Of a DNA stretch of 64,000 nucleotides, positions 27,097 through 35,939 are shown one piece after another. This DNA comes from Bryobacterales bacterium. GTDB taxonomy: Bacteria; Acidobacteriota; Terriglobia; Bryobacterales; UBA6623. Numbering within the stretch: position 1 is the stretch's first letter; every line of letters starts with the position of its first letter. The DNA lies in assembly GCA_965218555.1 (NCBI GenBank), contig OZ244625.1, forward strand, positions 4,412,968 to 4,476,967, read 5' to 3'. The position numbers and the translations under genes are program-made. Below the pieces are notes generated by a model. That model did no database searches. It had not been told where the DNA came from and was given only the letters and a program-made list of their open reading frames with translations.

Positions 27097-28371
27097 TCAG
27101 GCCAGGAACGGACCCGTCACCTCGAAAGTCATGCCGTCTTCGGATTCACCTGTTGCGCCGCGCTGCGAACTGAAATACAGCCGCGTCCCGGATGGATCAA
27201 AGACGGGCCCGGTGATCTCGGACTTATCGTGGCCGACGACTCGGAGCAGGGGCGCCGTTTTCCGGTCGGGTAGAACGGCGATGATCTGGTTGTCGCCGCC
27301 GTCTTCCGCCACAATGACATCCCCGCCGGCGGATACGGTGATGTTGTCGACGCCGGTCAGCTCGGGCTCCGCGTGGTCGTCATCGTCATAAATGACGGTG
27401 ATGGTGCTCGCTGAGATGTCATATGCCCAGACGCGCCCGTCTTGCGTTGTTGTGAAGTAGATGACTTGGTCGTGATGCCAGGCGCCCTCGCCGCCTTTGA
27501 AGAGAGTGGCCTGCGGAACCTGCATGCGCGTGGGCTGCACGACTCCACTGGGGTCTTTCACGCGATGCCACACCACTTTGCCGCCTTCCATGACTTCCGC
27601 CGCTTCGAGCCTCCCGGCCGACAGGTCAGGCTCCCTGCTCCCCGGGCGAAAGCGGTAGAACAGGCCGTCACCAGTGTCCTCGGTAAGGTAGATATCGTTC
27701 TGAACGGGATCGACCGCTGCGGCTTCGTGTTTGAACACGCCCAGGGCGGGGCGAACGATCGCCTGCTTCTTGCCAAGCGGATCGCACTCCCACACACGTC
27801 CCTGATCGAACTCTTCGCAGGAAAGCCAAGTGCCCCAAGGCGTAGGACCGCCGGCGCAGTTGGTGCTTGTACCGTCGAGGATAGAGTAGGAATCGATCAC
27901 CCGGCCCTGGAGGTCGAACCGTAAAGCGCCCACTCCGCCTTGGTTGCCGCCGACCTCGCTATTGGAAACGTAGATCCAACCGTCGTCGGTGGTGAAGACG
28001 GCCGCTCCGTCGGGCGCTGCATGCCAGCGATACCCGCAACCCGGAACCGGTTCCTCGCTCGACCGCGCCACCACGCGTGATGTGAAGCCCTCGGGCAACC
28101 GCACGCCGTTTTCGTCCGGTGGCTGTAAAGGGCCCAGCTTGCCCAAGCGGTCTCCGAGGGTCCGGCTCGGCGACTCTCCTGTTGCGCCGACGGGGTTCGA
28201 TTCCCGGCAGTGCGAGAGCATCGACCCGGTGGCCAATACCCCCATGCCCACAAGACCACGCCGCAGGAATTCGCGGCGGCCTCGGTGGTCTCGCTGTTTT
28301 TCCGTTTTTGAACTGAATAGTGGCATTTCGATGCCCCCCGATGTGTTGGACTCCCAACCTTGGTTTTTCAT
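27097..28371 (-). CDS. DUF839/PhoX-like secreted beta-propeller protein (TAT signal)
   Basis: 424-aa ORF. Twin-arginine RREFLRRGLVGMGVLATG and hallmark NCAGGPTPWGTWLSCEE. The start may be the internal ATG at 28326. Confidence 0.8.
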   Translation of the reverse strand: MKNQGWESNTSGGIEMPLFSSKTEKQRDHRGRREFLRRGLVGMGVLATGSMLSHCRESNPVGATGESPSRTLGDRLGKLGPLQPPDENGVRLPEGFTSRVVARSSEEPVPGCGYRWHAAPDGAAVFTTDDGWIYVSNSEVGGNQGGVGALRFDLQGRVIDSYSILDGTSTNCAGGPTPWGTWLSCEEFDQGRVWECDPLGKKQAIVRPALGVFKHEAAAVDPVQNDIYLTEDTGDGLFYRFRPGSREPDLSAGRLEAAEVMEGGKVVWHRVKDPSGVVQPTRMQVPQATLFKGGEGAWHHDQVIYFTTTQDGRVWAYDISASTITVIYDDDDHAEPELTGVDNITVSAGGDVIVAEDGGDNQIIAVLPDRKTAPLLRVVGHDKSEITGPVFDPSGTRLYFSSQRGATGESEDGMTFEVTGPFLA

Positions 28372-28399
28372 ACTACCGGACGGAGCATCCGACCCGCGT

Positions 28400-29716
28400 T
28401 CACGCCTGCCAATAAGTTCCCTGGATCGTAGTCACTCCGTCGGAATCTTCTCCCCAGTAGACCGTGAAGAGCCCACCGTCTTCCTGGACGATCGACGTCG
28501 GATACCCTAGGTTCGAGCTTCCCAAATCGTCACGCAGGATGATCTCGTTTTCGATGTCCCAGGTTTCCCCTTGGTCAGAGCTCAGACAAGCCCGAATGCC
28601 GAACGGTTCGCGGCGATGGCCGTAGACGGTGACGACGCGTTCGTCAGGAAGTTGGACGATGTGCGCCGGATAACCCCAGATCGGAAGTCTTTTGGGCTGT
28701 GACCAGGTGCGGCCGTTGTCGTCGGACACTACTTGATACAGATATCGTCCGCCGCTCTTCTCGGAGGTGCGCATGTGGGAGATCAGCCGCCCGCTTTTGA
28801 GCCGAGCCAGGCTGGGCTCGAAAAAGTTGACGCCGGGATCGCGGGCGATTTCACGGGTCTCGCTCCAACTGTGGCCGCGATCCTTCGACACGGCCACGAA
28901 GGCTACGCTTTTCCCCGGCTTGATCTCGCCGCGTTCATCCCGCTCGTTGCCGAGCGGCTCCAGATCCGGAACCCCACGCGAGTCAAAATACTCGTCGAAG
29001 AAGGGGTCGCCGGCAGCCAGCGGCAAAAGAACGGTGCCGTCTTCTAATTCGACCGCCCCCTTCGGGCTATAGCCGCTGATGAACGGACCCGTATCGACCT
29101 CGACCGTTTCGTCCCACGTACGCCCACCGTCGCTCGAACGATGCACGTACGTCCCGCGGTGCGTGCTGACCCAGGGATAGGGGTCGCGCGGGACGGCTCC
29201 TAGCAGGTCGGGCATCTTGTCCGCGGTCTCCTTGGGATAGAACTGCCGGACGTAGACACTCGCGAGCAGAGTTCCATCGGATAGCACGGCCAAGCCGGGA
29301 CATTCAGCGCTGGTCCAGTTGAAGCCGGGATAGACGCGCGGGACGTCCCAGGTTTTCCCCAGATTGTCCGAACGTGTGAGGACGTTTTGGAAGCTCGGGT
29401 CGCTGGGTGGGTGCTTCCACCCGTCGGGTAGGCGGTCGGTCACTTCACGCATTACCCCGAGCGAAAAGGCCACGACCCATTCTCCCTTTTGCGTAACGGC
29501 GATCGAAGGGCCGAGCACGTAACGGTACTTGTCGCGAAAGACCGTGATATTGCGAAACGGGGAACCTCCTTTGCCGGGCGTTTCCTCGGTCAGCGTCTGG
29601 CAGCCGGGGATCGAAGCGCTCAAGACCGTGGCGATTCCCACACCGAAGTATTCGTTGAAGTCTCGTCTCGTGTGTCTATTGGTTCCTTGTGCCGGCGTAC
29701 GGTTCAGGCTGCGCAT
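28400..29716 (-). CDS. BNR/Asp-box repeat protein (sialidase-like beta-propeller)
   Basis: 438-aa ORF with five Asp-boxes: SDNLGKTW, SSDGGRTW, SKDRGHSW, SDDNGRTW, SSDQGETW. Confidence 0.8.
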   Translation of the reverse strand: MRSLNRTPAQGTNRHTRRDFNEYFGVGIATVLSASIPGCQTLTEETPGKGGSPFRNITVFRDKYRYVLGPSIAVTQKGEWVVAFSLGVMREVTDRLPDGWKHPPSDPSFQNVLTRSDNLGKTWDVPRVYPGFNWTSAECPGLAVLSDGTLLASVYVRQFYPKETADKMPDLLGAVPRDPYPWVSTHRGTYVHRSSDGGRTWDETVEVDTGPFISGYSPKGAVELEDGTVLLPLAAGDPFFDEYFDSRGVPDLEPLGNERDERGEIKPGKSVAFVAVSKDRGHSWSETREIARDPGVNFFEPSLARLKSGRLISHMRTSEKSGGRYLYQVVSDDNGRTWSQPKRLPIWGYPAHIVQLPDERVVTVYGHRREPFGIRACLSSDQGETWDIENEIILRDDLGSSNLGYPTSIVQEDGGLFTVYWGEDSDGVTTIQGTYWQA

Positions 29717-30083
29717 GATGACTTACCGTTGACGCCCTTTCTCCTTGAGGTCGTTGTCGCGCCGCCTTCCCATTGTGATTTCCGGCTTCAAAGCGGAATC
29801 AGCGGCGTCAAACATTCGCCTGCGGATCTTCCCGGAGCCGCGTCAACAACCGCTCGGCACTGCCTTTCACATGGCTGGACTCAATGTTAGCAATCCCCCT
29901 GAGAGGATACACTGTCGTCGGGCTTCCTCGTCAAGCCGTCTGAATAAGCTCGGCTGATTTTGAGTCTGGATCAACGGACGGGAGCGCTTGCGCGCATCTC
30001 GAGACGCGTTGCAGAAAACGCAATGATGCGCCACCACCCGAATGTGAGGTATAGTTATACTGCGTTACTAGGGAAAGGGTTGT

Positions 30084-32117
30084 TTGCCGATGAGTACAGT
30101 CGCTAAGTTACCGCCGCAATACGAAGGGCTCAAAGAAGCCCAGGAAATCAAGTTCCCCTTCCCAGGAATACCAACGACCTCGGATGGCGCCGGAACAGTG
30201 GTGTGGGTGGAGACCCACATCTGCCAGGGGGCATGCGCGTATCCGATAACGTCATCCACGACGATGGGTGGTGGTTTCGAGTCGGCTGTCGCCAACGGCA
30301 AGAAGAATCTGTGGGGCGAGGATTTGGTGTTCATCGAGCCTGAATCCGAGCACAGCGCCGCCACTACCTGCGAGGGGTTTGCCGTCAGCGGCGGACGCGT
30401 CACGAACTTCACTTCCGGTCAGGGCCTGATTCTGATGAAGGAAGTCCTCTACACGATCTCCGGCAAACGCCTGCCGATCGTGTTTCACATCGGCTCCCGC
30501 GCGGTTACCTCTCATTCGTTGAACGTCCACGCCGGCCATGATGATGTCTATGGCGTCGCCGACTGCGGCTGGGGCGTCATCTATGGGCGAAACGCGCAGG
30601 AGTCGGGCGACTTGGCGCTTATCTGCCGCCGAGTTGCTGAGGATTCCGACACGCCGTTCCTGAATGTGCAGGACGGCTTCCTCACGACCCACACGATCGA
30701 GAACGTCCGCTTGCCCGAACCCGAAATGATGAAGCTCTTCGTTGGGGATCCGAACCGGCGGCTGCGTAATCTGATGGACCCCAAGATCCCTCTCATGTCG
30801 GGCGTCGTGCAAAATCAAGACTCCTACATGAAGGGCAAGATCGCTCAGCGGACGTTCTACGACAAGGTCCTCGGCGCTGTCCGCCATGCGATGGATGAGT
30901 TCTTTGAACTCACGGGCCGCCGCTACGATCCGGTCATGCCCTATCGCCTCGACGACGCCGAGTACGCCATCGTCGGGTCCGGGTGCATGATGGAGACGGC
31001 CGAAGCCGCCGTCGATTGGATCCGGGAAAACATGGGGGTGAAAGTCGGCCTGCTGCACATCAGTCTTTTCCGCCCCTGGCCTTCGTACGACATCGTCGAC
31101 GCGCTCAAGAACGTGAGAGGCATTTCGGTCATCGAACGCCTCGACATCCCAATGCAGCAGTCGAATCCGCAGCTTTGCGAGCTGAAGAGCTCGTTTGCCG
31201 ACGCACTGAGCGGGACGCCCGGCTATCCGATGGTCGAGCGCTTGCCGAAGTTGTATGGCGGCTCGGCCGGCCTCGGCAGCCGCGACGTGCGCGCCGGTGA
31301 TTTCATCGCCGTGACGGAAAACATGCTGAGCGCTGACCCGCGCTATTACTTCAGCTTGGGGATCAAGCACCAGACCGCGCTGGTTCCCGCGGTGGATCCG
31401 GACGTTCGCTCGCCGGGGTCGTTCTCGATGCGGGGCCATTCGGTGGGCGGCTATGGTTCGGTCACCACGAACAAGGTGATTGCGACGATCGCGGGCGAGG
31501 CGTTCGGTATGGACGTACAGGCCTATCCGAAGTACGGTTCGGAAAAGAAGGGCCTGCCGACCACCTATTACCTGACGATCGCCAAAGAGCATATTCGCTC
31601 GCACTCCGAGTTGGAGAACGTAGAGTTCATTCCGCTCAACGACGTGAACGCCTTTAACGTCGGCGATCCGCTGGTGGGGTTGGCCGAGGACGGCATCGTC
31701 TTTGCGCAAAGCCATGACACGGATCCGGCTGCGATTTGGAAATCAGTCCCGGCATGGGCCCGGAATCGTATTCGCGACAAGCAGGCGCGCTTCTTCGCTC
31801 TCGATACGGTGTCGATTGCCCGTGAAGTCGCTTCGGTAGCGGACCTGCAGCAGCGCATGCAGGGCATCGTTCTGCTGGGTGTCTTCCTCAAGGTGACGCC
31901 GTTCTGCGAAGAGTCGAAGATCAGCCACGAGGATCTGTTCCGGGGCGTGGAGAAGTCTCTGCGCAAGTATTTCGGTAAGCGTGGCGAGCAGGTGGTTCAA
32001 GACAACCTGACTTGCGTACGCCGCGGTTTCACGGAAGTTATCGAAGTTCCGTCTGAAGTCATGCAGGCGACTGCTGTATTCGACAAAGCCGAGGGCAGTT
32101 TGAGGATCATTCAATGA
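30084..32117 (+). CDS. Pyruvate/2-oxoacid:ferredoxin oxidoreductase, fused alpha-gamma subunit
   Basis: 677-aa ORF. N-terminal PorA-like domains (TSDGAGTVVWVETHICQGACAYPITSST) and a C-terminal PorC-like domain (GHSVGGYGSVTTNKVIATIAG...YGSEKKGLPT). Confidence 0.85.
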   Translation: MPMSTVAKLPPQYEGLKEAQEIKFPFPGIPTTSDGAGTVVWVETHICQGACAYPITSSTTMGGGFESAVANGKKNLWGEDLVFIEPESEHSAATTCEGFAVSGGRVTNFTSGQGLILMKEVLYTISGKRLPIVFHIGSRAVTSHSLNVHAGHDDVYGVADCGWGVIYGRNAQESGDLALICRRVAEDSDTPFLNVQDGFLTTHTIENVRLPEPEMMKLFVGDPNRRLRNLMDPKIPLMSGVVQNQDSYMKGKIAQRTFYDKVLGAVRHAMDEFFELTGRRYDPVMPYRLDDAEYAIVGSGCMMETAEAAVDWIRENMGVKVGLLHISLFRPWPSYDIVDALKNVRGISVIERLDIPMQQSNPQLCELKSSFADALSGTPGYPMVERLPKLYGGSAGLGSRDVRAGDFIAVTENMLSADPRYYFSLGIKHQTALVPAVDPDVRSPGSFSMRGHSVGGYGSVTTNKVIATIAGEAFGMDVQAYPKYGSEKKGLPTTYYLTIAKEHIRSHSELENVEFIPLNDVNAFNVGDPLVGLAEDGIVFAQSHDTDPAAIWKSVPAWARNRIRDKQARFFALDTVSIAREVASVADLQQRMQGIVLLGVFLKVTPFCEESKISHEDLFRGVEKSLRKYFGKRGEQVVQDNLTCVRRGFTEVIEVPSEVMQATAVFDKAEGSLRIIQ

Positions 32118-33709
32118 GCACACAGGTCGATCCCATACATCAAGCAAGACTGGCGGATTTCAACGCGAACATTGTTGACGTCGCCGACTTCAACGAGCGT
32201 GTCGTCGGCGCCTACAACAACGGCACGGCCGAGATCGGACTCGAGGCGGACGACCAGGTCGCCCGCAGCGTGATCCCCTCCGGCACTGGTGCGCTGCGCG
32301 ATTTCAGCTACATTGCCCCGGACATTCCGGAGTTCCTTTCCGATCAATGCGTGGGTTGCATGGACTGCGTGACGCAGTGTCCCGACACGGCCATCCTCGC
32401 CAAGGTGATCGAGCCCGAAACGCTCGATGCGAAGCTCGAGGGCATCAACGACGAGGGCAAGCGCGAGAAGATGTGCGAGCAGTGGACCGAGACCAACAAG
32501 TATTGGAAGGTTCGCGAGCGGAAGGGTCTCGGCGGCGGCAAGTTCGGCATCTTCATCGACCCGACGAAGTGCAAGGGCTGCGCCGAATGCGTCGACGCCT
32601 GCGGCGATCACGACGCGCTGAAGATGATTCGCAAGGACGACGAGAACATGGAGTGGTACAAAGCCGCGTTCTCCTTCTTCAATGAAGCGCCCCCGACGCC
32701 GAAGAAGTTCATCAACGAGAGGGCGCTCGCCGACATGATGCTGTCCGACGACTCGCTGCTCTACGTGGGCGGTGCGGGGTCATGCATGGGTTGCGGCGAA
32801 GCGACGGTGCTGCGCATGATGCTGGCCGCGACCGGATTCGTCTACGGACCGGAGAATATCGGCATCGTTGCGGCCACCGGCTGCAACACGGTATACACCT
32901 CCACGTATCCCTACAATCCGTATCTCGTTTCATGGACCAACTCGCTTTTCGAGAACGCACCGGCCGACGCGATGGGGGTGCGGGCGCGCTGGGATCAGAT
33001 GGGCTGGCAGAACAAGCGGCTGTGGGTGATCGGCGGCGACGGCGCGATGCTCGACATTGGTTTTCAATCGTTGTCGCGCATGATGGCCTCGGGGATGGAT
33101 ATCAAAGTTCTTGTTCTCGATACTCAGGTGTACTCCAACACCGGCGGTCAGGCGTCGACCGGGTCCTACCTGGGACAGAACGCCAAAATGTCGACCCACG
33201 GCAAGGTGATTCATGGCAAGAAGGAGCACCGCAAGGAGCTGGCGAACATCTGCATGATGCACAAGGATGTCTACGTTGCTCAGACGACCGCCGCTCACAC
33301 GAACCATTTGTATCGCGCGATTCTCGACGCCAATGAGTTTCCGGGTCCGGCGATCGTGAACACCTTCACGACCTGCCAGCCCGAGCACGGCGTGGCTGAT
33401 GACATGGCCTATCACCAAGCCAAGCTGGCAGCGGATTCGCGGACGTTCCCTGTCTTCATCTACGACCCGCGCAAGGGGCCGCGCATCAAGGATCGCCTGA
33501 AGCTGACCGGCAATCCGAACCAGAAGGAAGACTGGTACGTGAACCCGAAGACGGGCGAGCAGATCGACTTCATCACCTTCGCCCGATCGGAGGGCCGCTT
33601 CTCCAAGCACTTCGATAAGGATGGGAGTCCGTCGCCCGAGATGCTTGCCGCCCGGCAGGACCGCCTCGAGAACTGGCAGTTGCTGCAGGAACTCGCGGGC
33701 GTGAAGTAA
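32114..33709 (+). CDS. Pyruvate/2-oxoacid:ferredoxin oxidoreductase, fused delta(2x[4Fe-4S])-beta(TPP) subunit
   Basis: 531-aa ORF. CVGCMDCVTQCP and CKGCAECVDACG cluster motifs; TPP-binding GGDGAMLDIGFQSL...NTGGQ. A 4-nt overlap with the upstream gene. Confidence 0.85.
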   Translation: MSTQVDPIHQARLADFNANIVDVADFNERVVGAYNNGTAEIGLEADDQVARSVIPSGTGALRDFSYIAPDIPEFLSDQCVGCMDCVTQCPDTAILAKVIEPETLDAKLEGINDEGKREKMCEQWTETNKYWKVRERKGLGGGKFGIFIDPTKCKGCAECVDACGDHDALKMIRKDDENMEWYKAAFSFFNEAPPTPKKFINERALADMMLSDDSLLYVGGAGSCMGCGEATVLRMMLAATGFVYGPENIGIVAATGCNTVYTSTYPYNPYLVSWTNSLFENAPADAMGVRARWDQMGWQNKRLWVIGGDGAMLDIGFQSLSRMMASGMDIKVLVLDTQVYSNTGGQASTGSYLGQNAKMSTHGKVIHGKKEHRKELANICMMHKDVYVAQTTAAHTNHLYRAILDANEFPGPAIVNTFTTCQPEHGVADDMAYHQAKLAADSRTFPVFIYDPRKGPRIKDRLKLTGNPNQKEDWYVNPKTGEQIDFITFARSEGRFSKHFDKDGSPSPEMLAARQDRLENWQLLQELAGVK

Positions 33710-33854
33710 TCGCTGCCGGTCGTTCCCGAAACGGTAAAGACTCGTTGTCGCGCGGACCTGAATGAGCCCTTCGCCGGTGGCCGGTCTGGCGTAGTTCTCG
33801 GCATTCCTTTCTTTGCCCCCGAAAATCCCGGGATTCGCACCGGCCTTCAGGTGC

Positions 33855-33898
33855 AAGTCGACATCAGGTTTGCGACAAATCGACATCAGAATTGCGAC
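33855..33898. repeat. 2 x 22-bp tandem direct repeat
   Basis: AAGTCGACATCAGGTTTGCGAC / AAATCGACATCAGAATTGCGAC, 19 of 22 identical, in non-coding DNA. Confidence 0.8.
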
Positions 33899-34951
33899 TC
33901 AAGCCCATTCAAAGGGACGCTCAAAGGACCACTAAAAGGTGTACCAGCGCGCTGACGCTCCATTTTGCGCCGGGCGTTCACCATCTCGCTGACCGCAACT
34001 CGCGACTGTGATGCATGATCCTCATCCACATGCGCCAGCAGTCCGCAACTACCTTAGCGCCTGCCGCGTCCGGTGATTCGCCGCGCTCCAGCTTCTCGGC
34101 GGCCTGCACGGCCCGGTCCAGTAGCTCGTGATCCAGCAAGGTGTCCATGAGCGAGGCTCGAACTCAAGCCCTCACAAGGGTAGAACTTCGCAGCTCTTCG
34201 CTACAGTTGCTTTGCAACACGGTTGTTTCAGGACATCGGACGCTCGGCCTCGACTTGTGTGGTGTAGCCGCTGCCGCTGATCTCGTGGCTTACGCGGGTG
34301 GCGATCCAATGGCCGTGGACGACTCTGCGGAAGCCACTCGGGGTGAGCGAGCTTTCGGTCCGGACAGATCAAGACCAATCGAGAACTGGAGCAGTACGCG
34401 CCGTCCCGCTACTCCTACTTCGAGAAGCTGCAGTTCCAGCGCTACCTCGACGAGAAGCAATGGAGGTGCAACAGCCCGGACGGCGGTGAGTGGCCGGGAT
34501 GTGCGAGGCGGCCGCCAAGCGACGGGCTTCTTTCTCACCCCGGTGATTCCTACGCTCGCTGCCCTGCATGCGAAGATCATCGACATTGCCGGCGAGAACA
34601 CTTACGAGAACTGGCAGGCAGGTCTACACCTGCGCATCTGAGCCAGTTCGCAGGAAGGCCGGCCCGTCATCATCAGCCGTCGATCCACGCAGAACAAGAG
34701 GTGCTCTTCGGAGGATCAGGATGAGCACCGGCACTGTCCAGTACGATGGTCGCTGGCCGATGCAGTGGGAGTGACGCATGCTCGCCGGCCGAATCGGCCC
34801 GTTGGTTCGAGCGGGTGGATCGCGACCACCGGAGATGGCTCAGTCCGGTGCCGGTGTCGATTCAGGAGGGAGATCGATGAGCGATCGTTGGTGGATCGGT
34901 TCAGGCTTCTCGCTGACTTCCGGTCGGTGTGCAGACATGATTCGTTGACCA

Positions 34952-35712
34952 ATGCCTCTTCTCGCGCGTTGGCGCCCGAGCCTCCGGAGCTTCATTCATC
35001 TAAAAACCGGCGAAACGTCGTACCCGCTGTTTAAATCTCCGATCGTAAGGACCGGACAGGCCCTGCACGTTGAAAGCCGCCAGCCCTTTGCGTGCCTGGA
35101 GATCACGCGTCACCCGACTCGACCCGGCGCGCTCGTACGCATCTGTGACGGGACCGATCCTACCATGCAGCCCTGGTGGTGACAACAGCCCCAAAACCCG
35201 TCCTTGGAGTGCTGATGCTGATGCGTACCAACGTCGGAAGGCTCTTCCAAAGCATCTCCAAAGACGGTGGGGCCCATTGGACGCTGGGACGGCCCACAGA
35301 TCTCGCGTCGGTCGATTTGAAATGTTATCTGGGCCGGATGCAAACGACGGGCCACCTGGTGGTGGCCTGGAATCAATCGACGACTGAAGAAATCCTCAAC
35401 GGCTATTCTTGAGGTCGGCTCTCGCTGGCCATCTCAAAGGATGAAGGCAAGAGTTGGGAAAACTTCCGGACCCTCGAACGCAGCCCGGGCATGCAGCCCA
35501 TCGACCGTGTCGAGCCGCCGCCGGTGAAGCACGTGCGTCCTCGCGAGAACCTGGGCAACTTCCCGGAAGGGTATCGCCGAAACCATTACCCAACCCTTGT
35601 GCCCAGGCCAGGCAAACCACTCATTGCTGACCGTTTAGATAGTTGGTCCGGCGGAAAGCCGCAGCGGAAGATCAAATTTAGAGTGATCCCGGAGAGGGAT
35701 ATCAATCTCTGA
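34952..35712 (+). pseudogene. BNR/sialidase-like gene remnant (frame change plus in-frame TGA at 35410-35412)
   Basis: Frame-1 translation 35149..35712 reads ...RTNVGRLFQSISKDGGAHWT...HLVVAWNQSTTEEILNGYS*GRLSLAISKDEGKSWENF...KIKFRVIPERDINL. It has two Asp-boxes separated by a stop. The upstream part is only open in another frame (34952..35182). Confidence 0.55.
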
Positions 35713-35939
35713 TCAAAAGCCACTGAAGCTCGAAGCCAGACGGAACGGGTGAAGTGTCCCTTTTGAACGAAACGGGACCGGTTGGTGAGTCAGTGGAGGC
35801 CGATGATGGTAGGCAGGGGCTTCTCATCGACGTTAGATCGGCCACGTTGGTAAATGTGTCTGCAGACCGTGCCTCGGTCCGACGGGGAGTTGAGCGGCTC
35901 GTCTGTTAGCATGTTCCTTGAGTTGAGGATGCCCGCGGG

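Noticed and set aside
30009-30030. TTGCAGAAAACGCAA upstream of the oxidoreductase operon, considered as an FNR/CRP-type box
   Set aside because: The spacing (5-5-5) and half-sites (TTGCA/CGCAA) do not fit TTGAT-N4-ATCAA. A single weak occurrence is not enough evidence.
30252-31715. 487-aa minus-strand ORF
   Set aside because: It is antisense to the oxidoreductase alpha-gamma gene. The translation is Arg/His/Leu/Asp-rich noise with no motifs. The same reasoning rejects 38346..39482, 43312..44337, 44896..45819, 59830..60678, 13225..14037, 14139..15068, 2143..3234, 25990..26766, 32930..33886, 46154..46930, 48647..49342 and 326..877.
34146-34235. tRNA-like string GGCTCGAACTC (reverse complement of a TTCGAGCC T-loop), considered as a tRNA gene or att-site fragment
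   Set aside because: I could not build a cloverleaf. The T-stem pairs only 3-4 of 5 positions, and there is no 7-nt anticodon loop with a 5-bp stem and no matching acceptor strand.
35410-35412. In-frame TGA in the BNR-like remnant, considered as selenocysteine
   Set aside because: The family is not a selenoprotein family, the position is not a catalytic Cys/Sec site, and the gene also has an upstream frame disruption.
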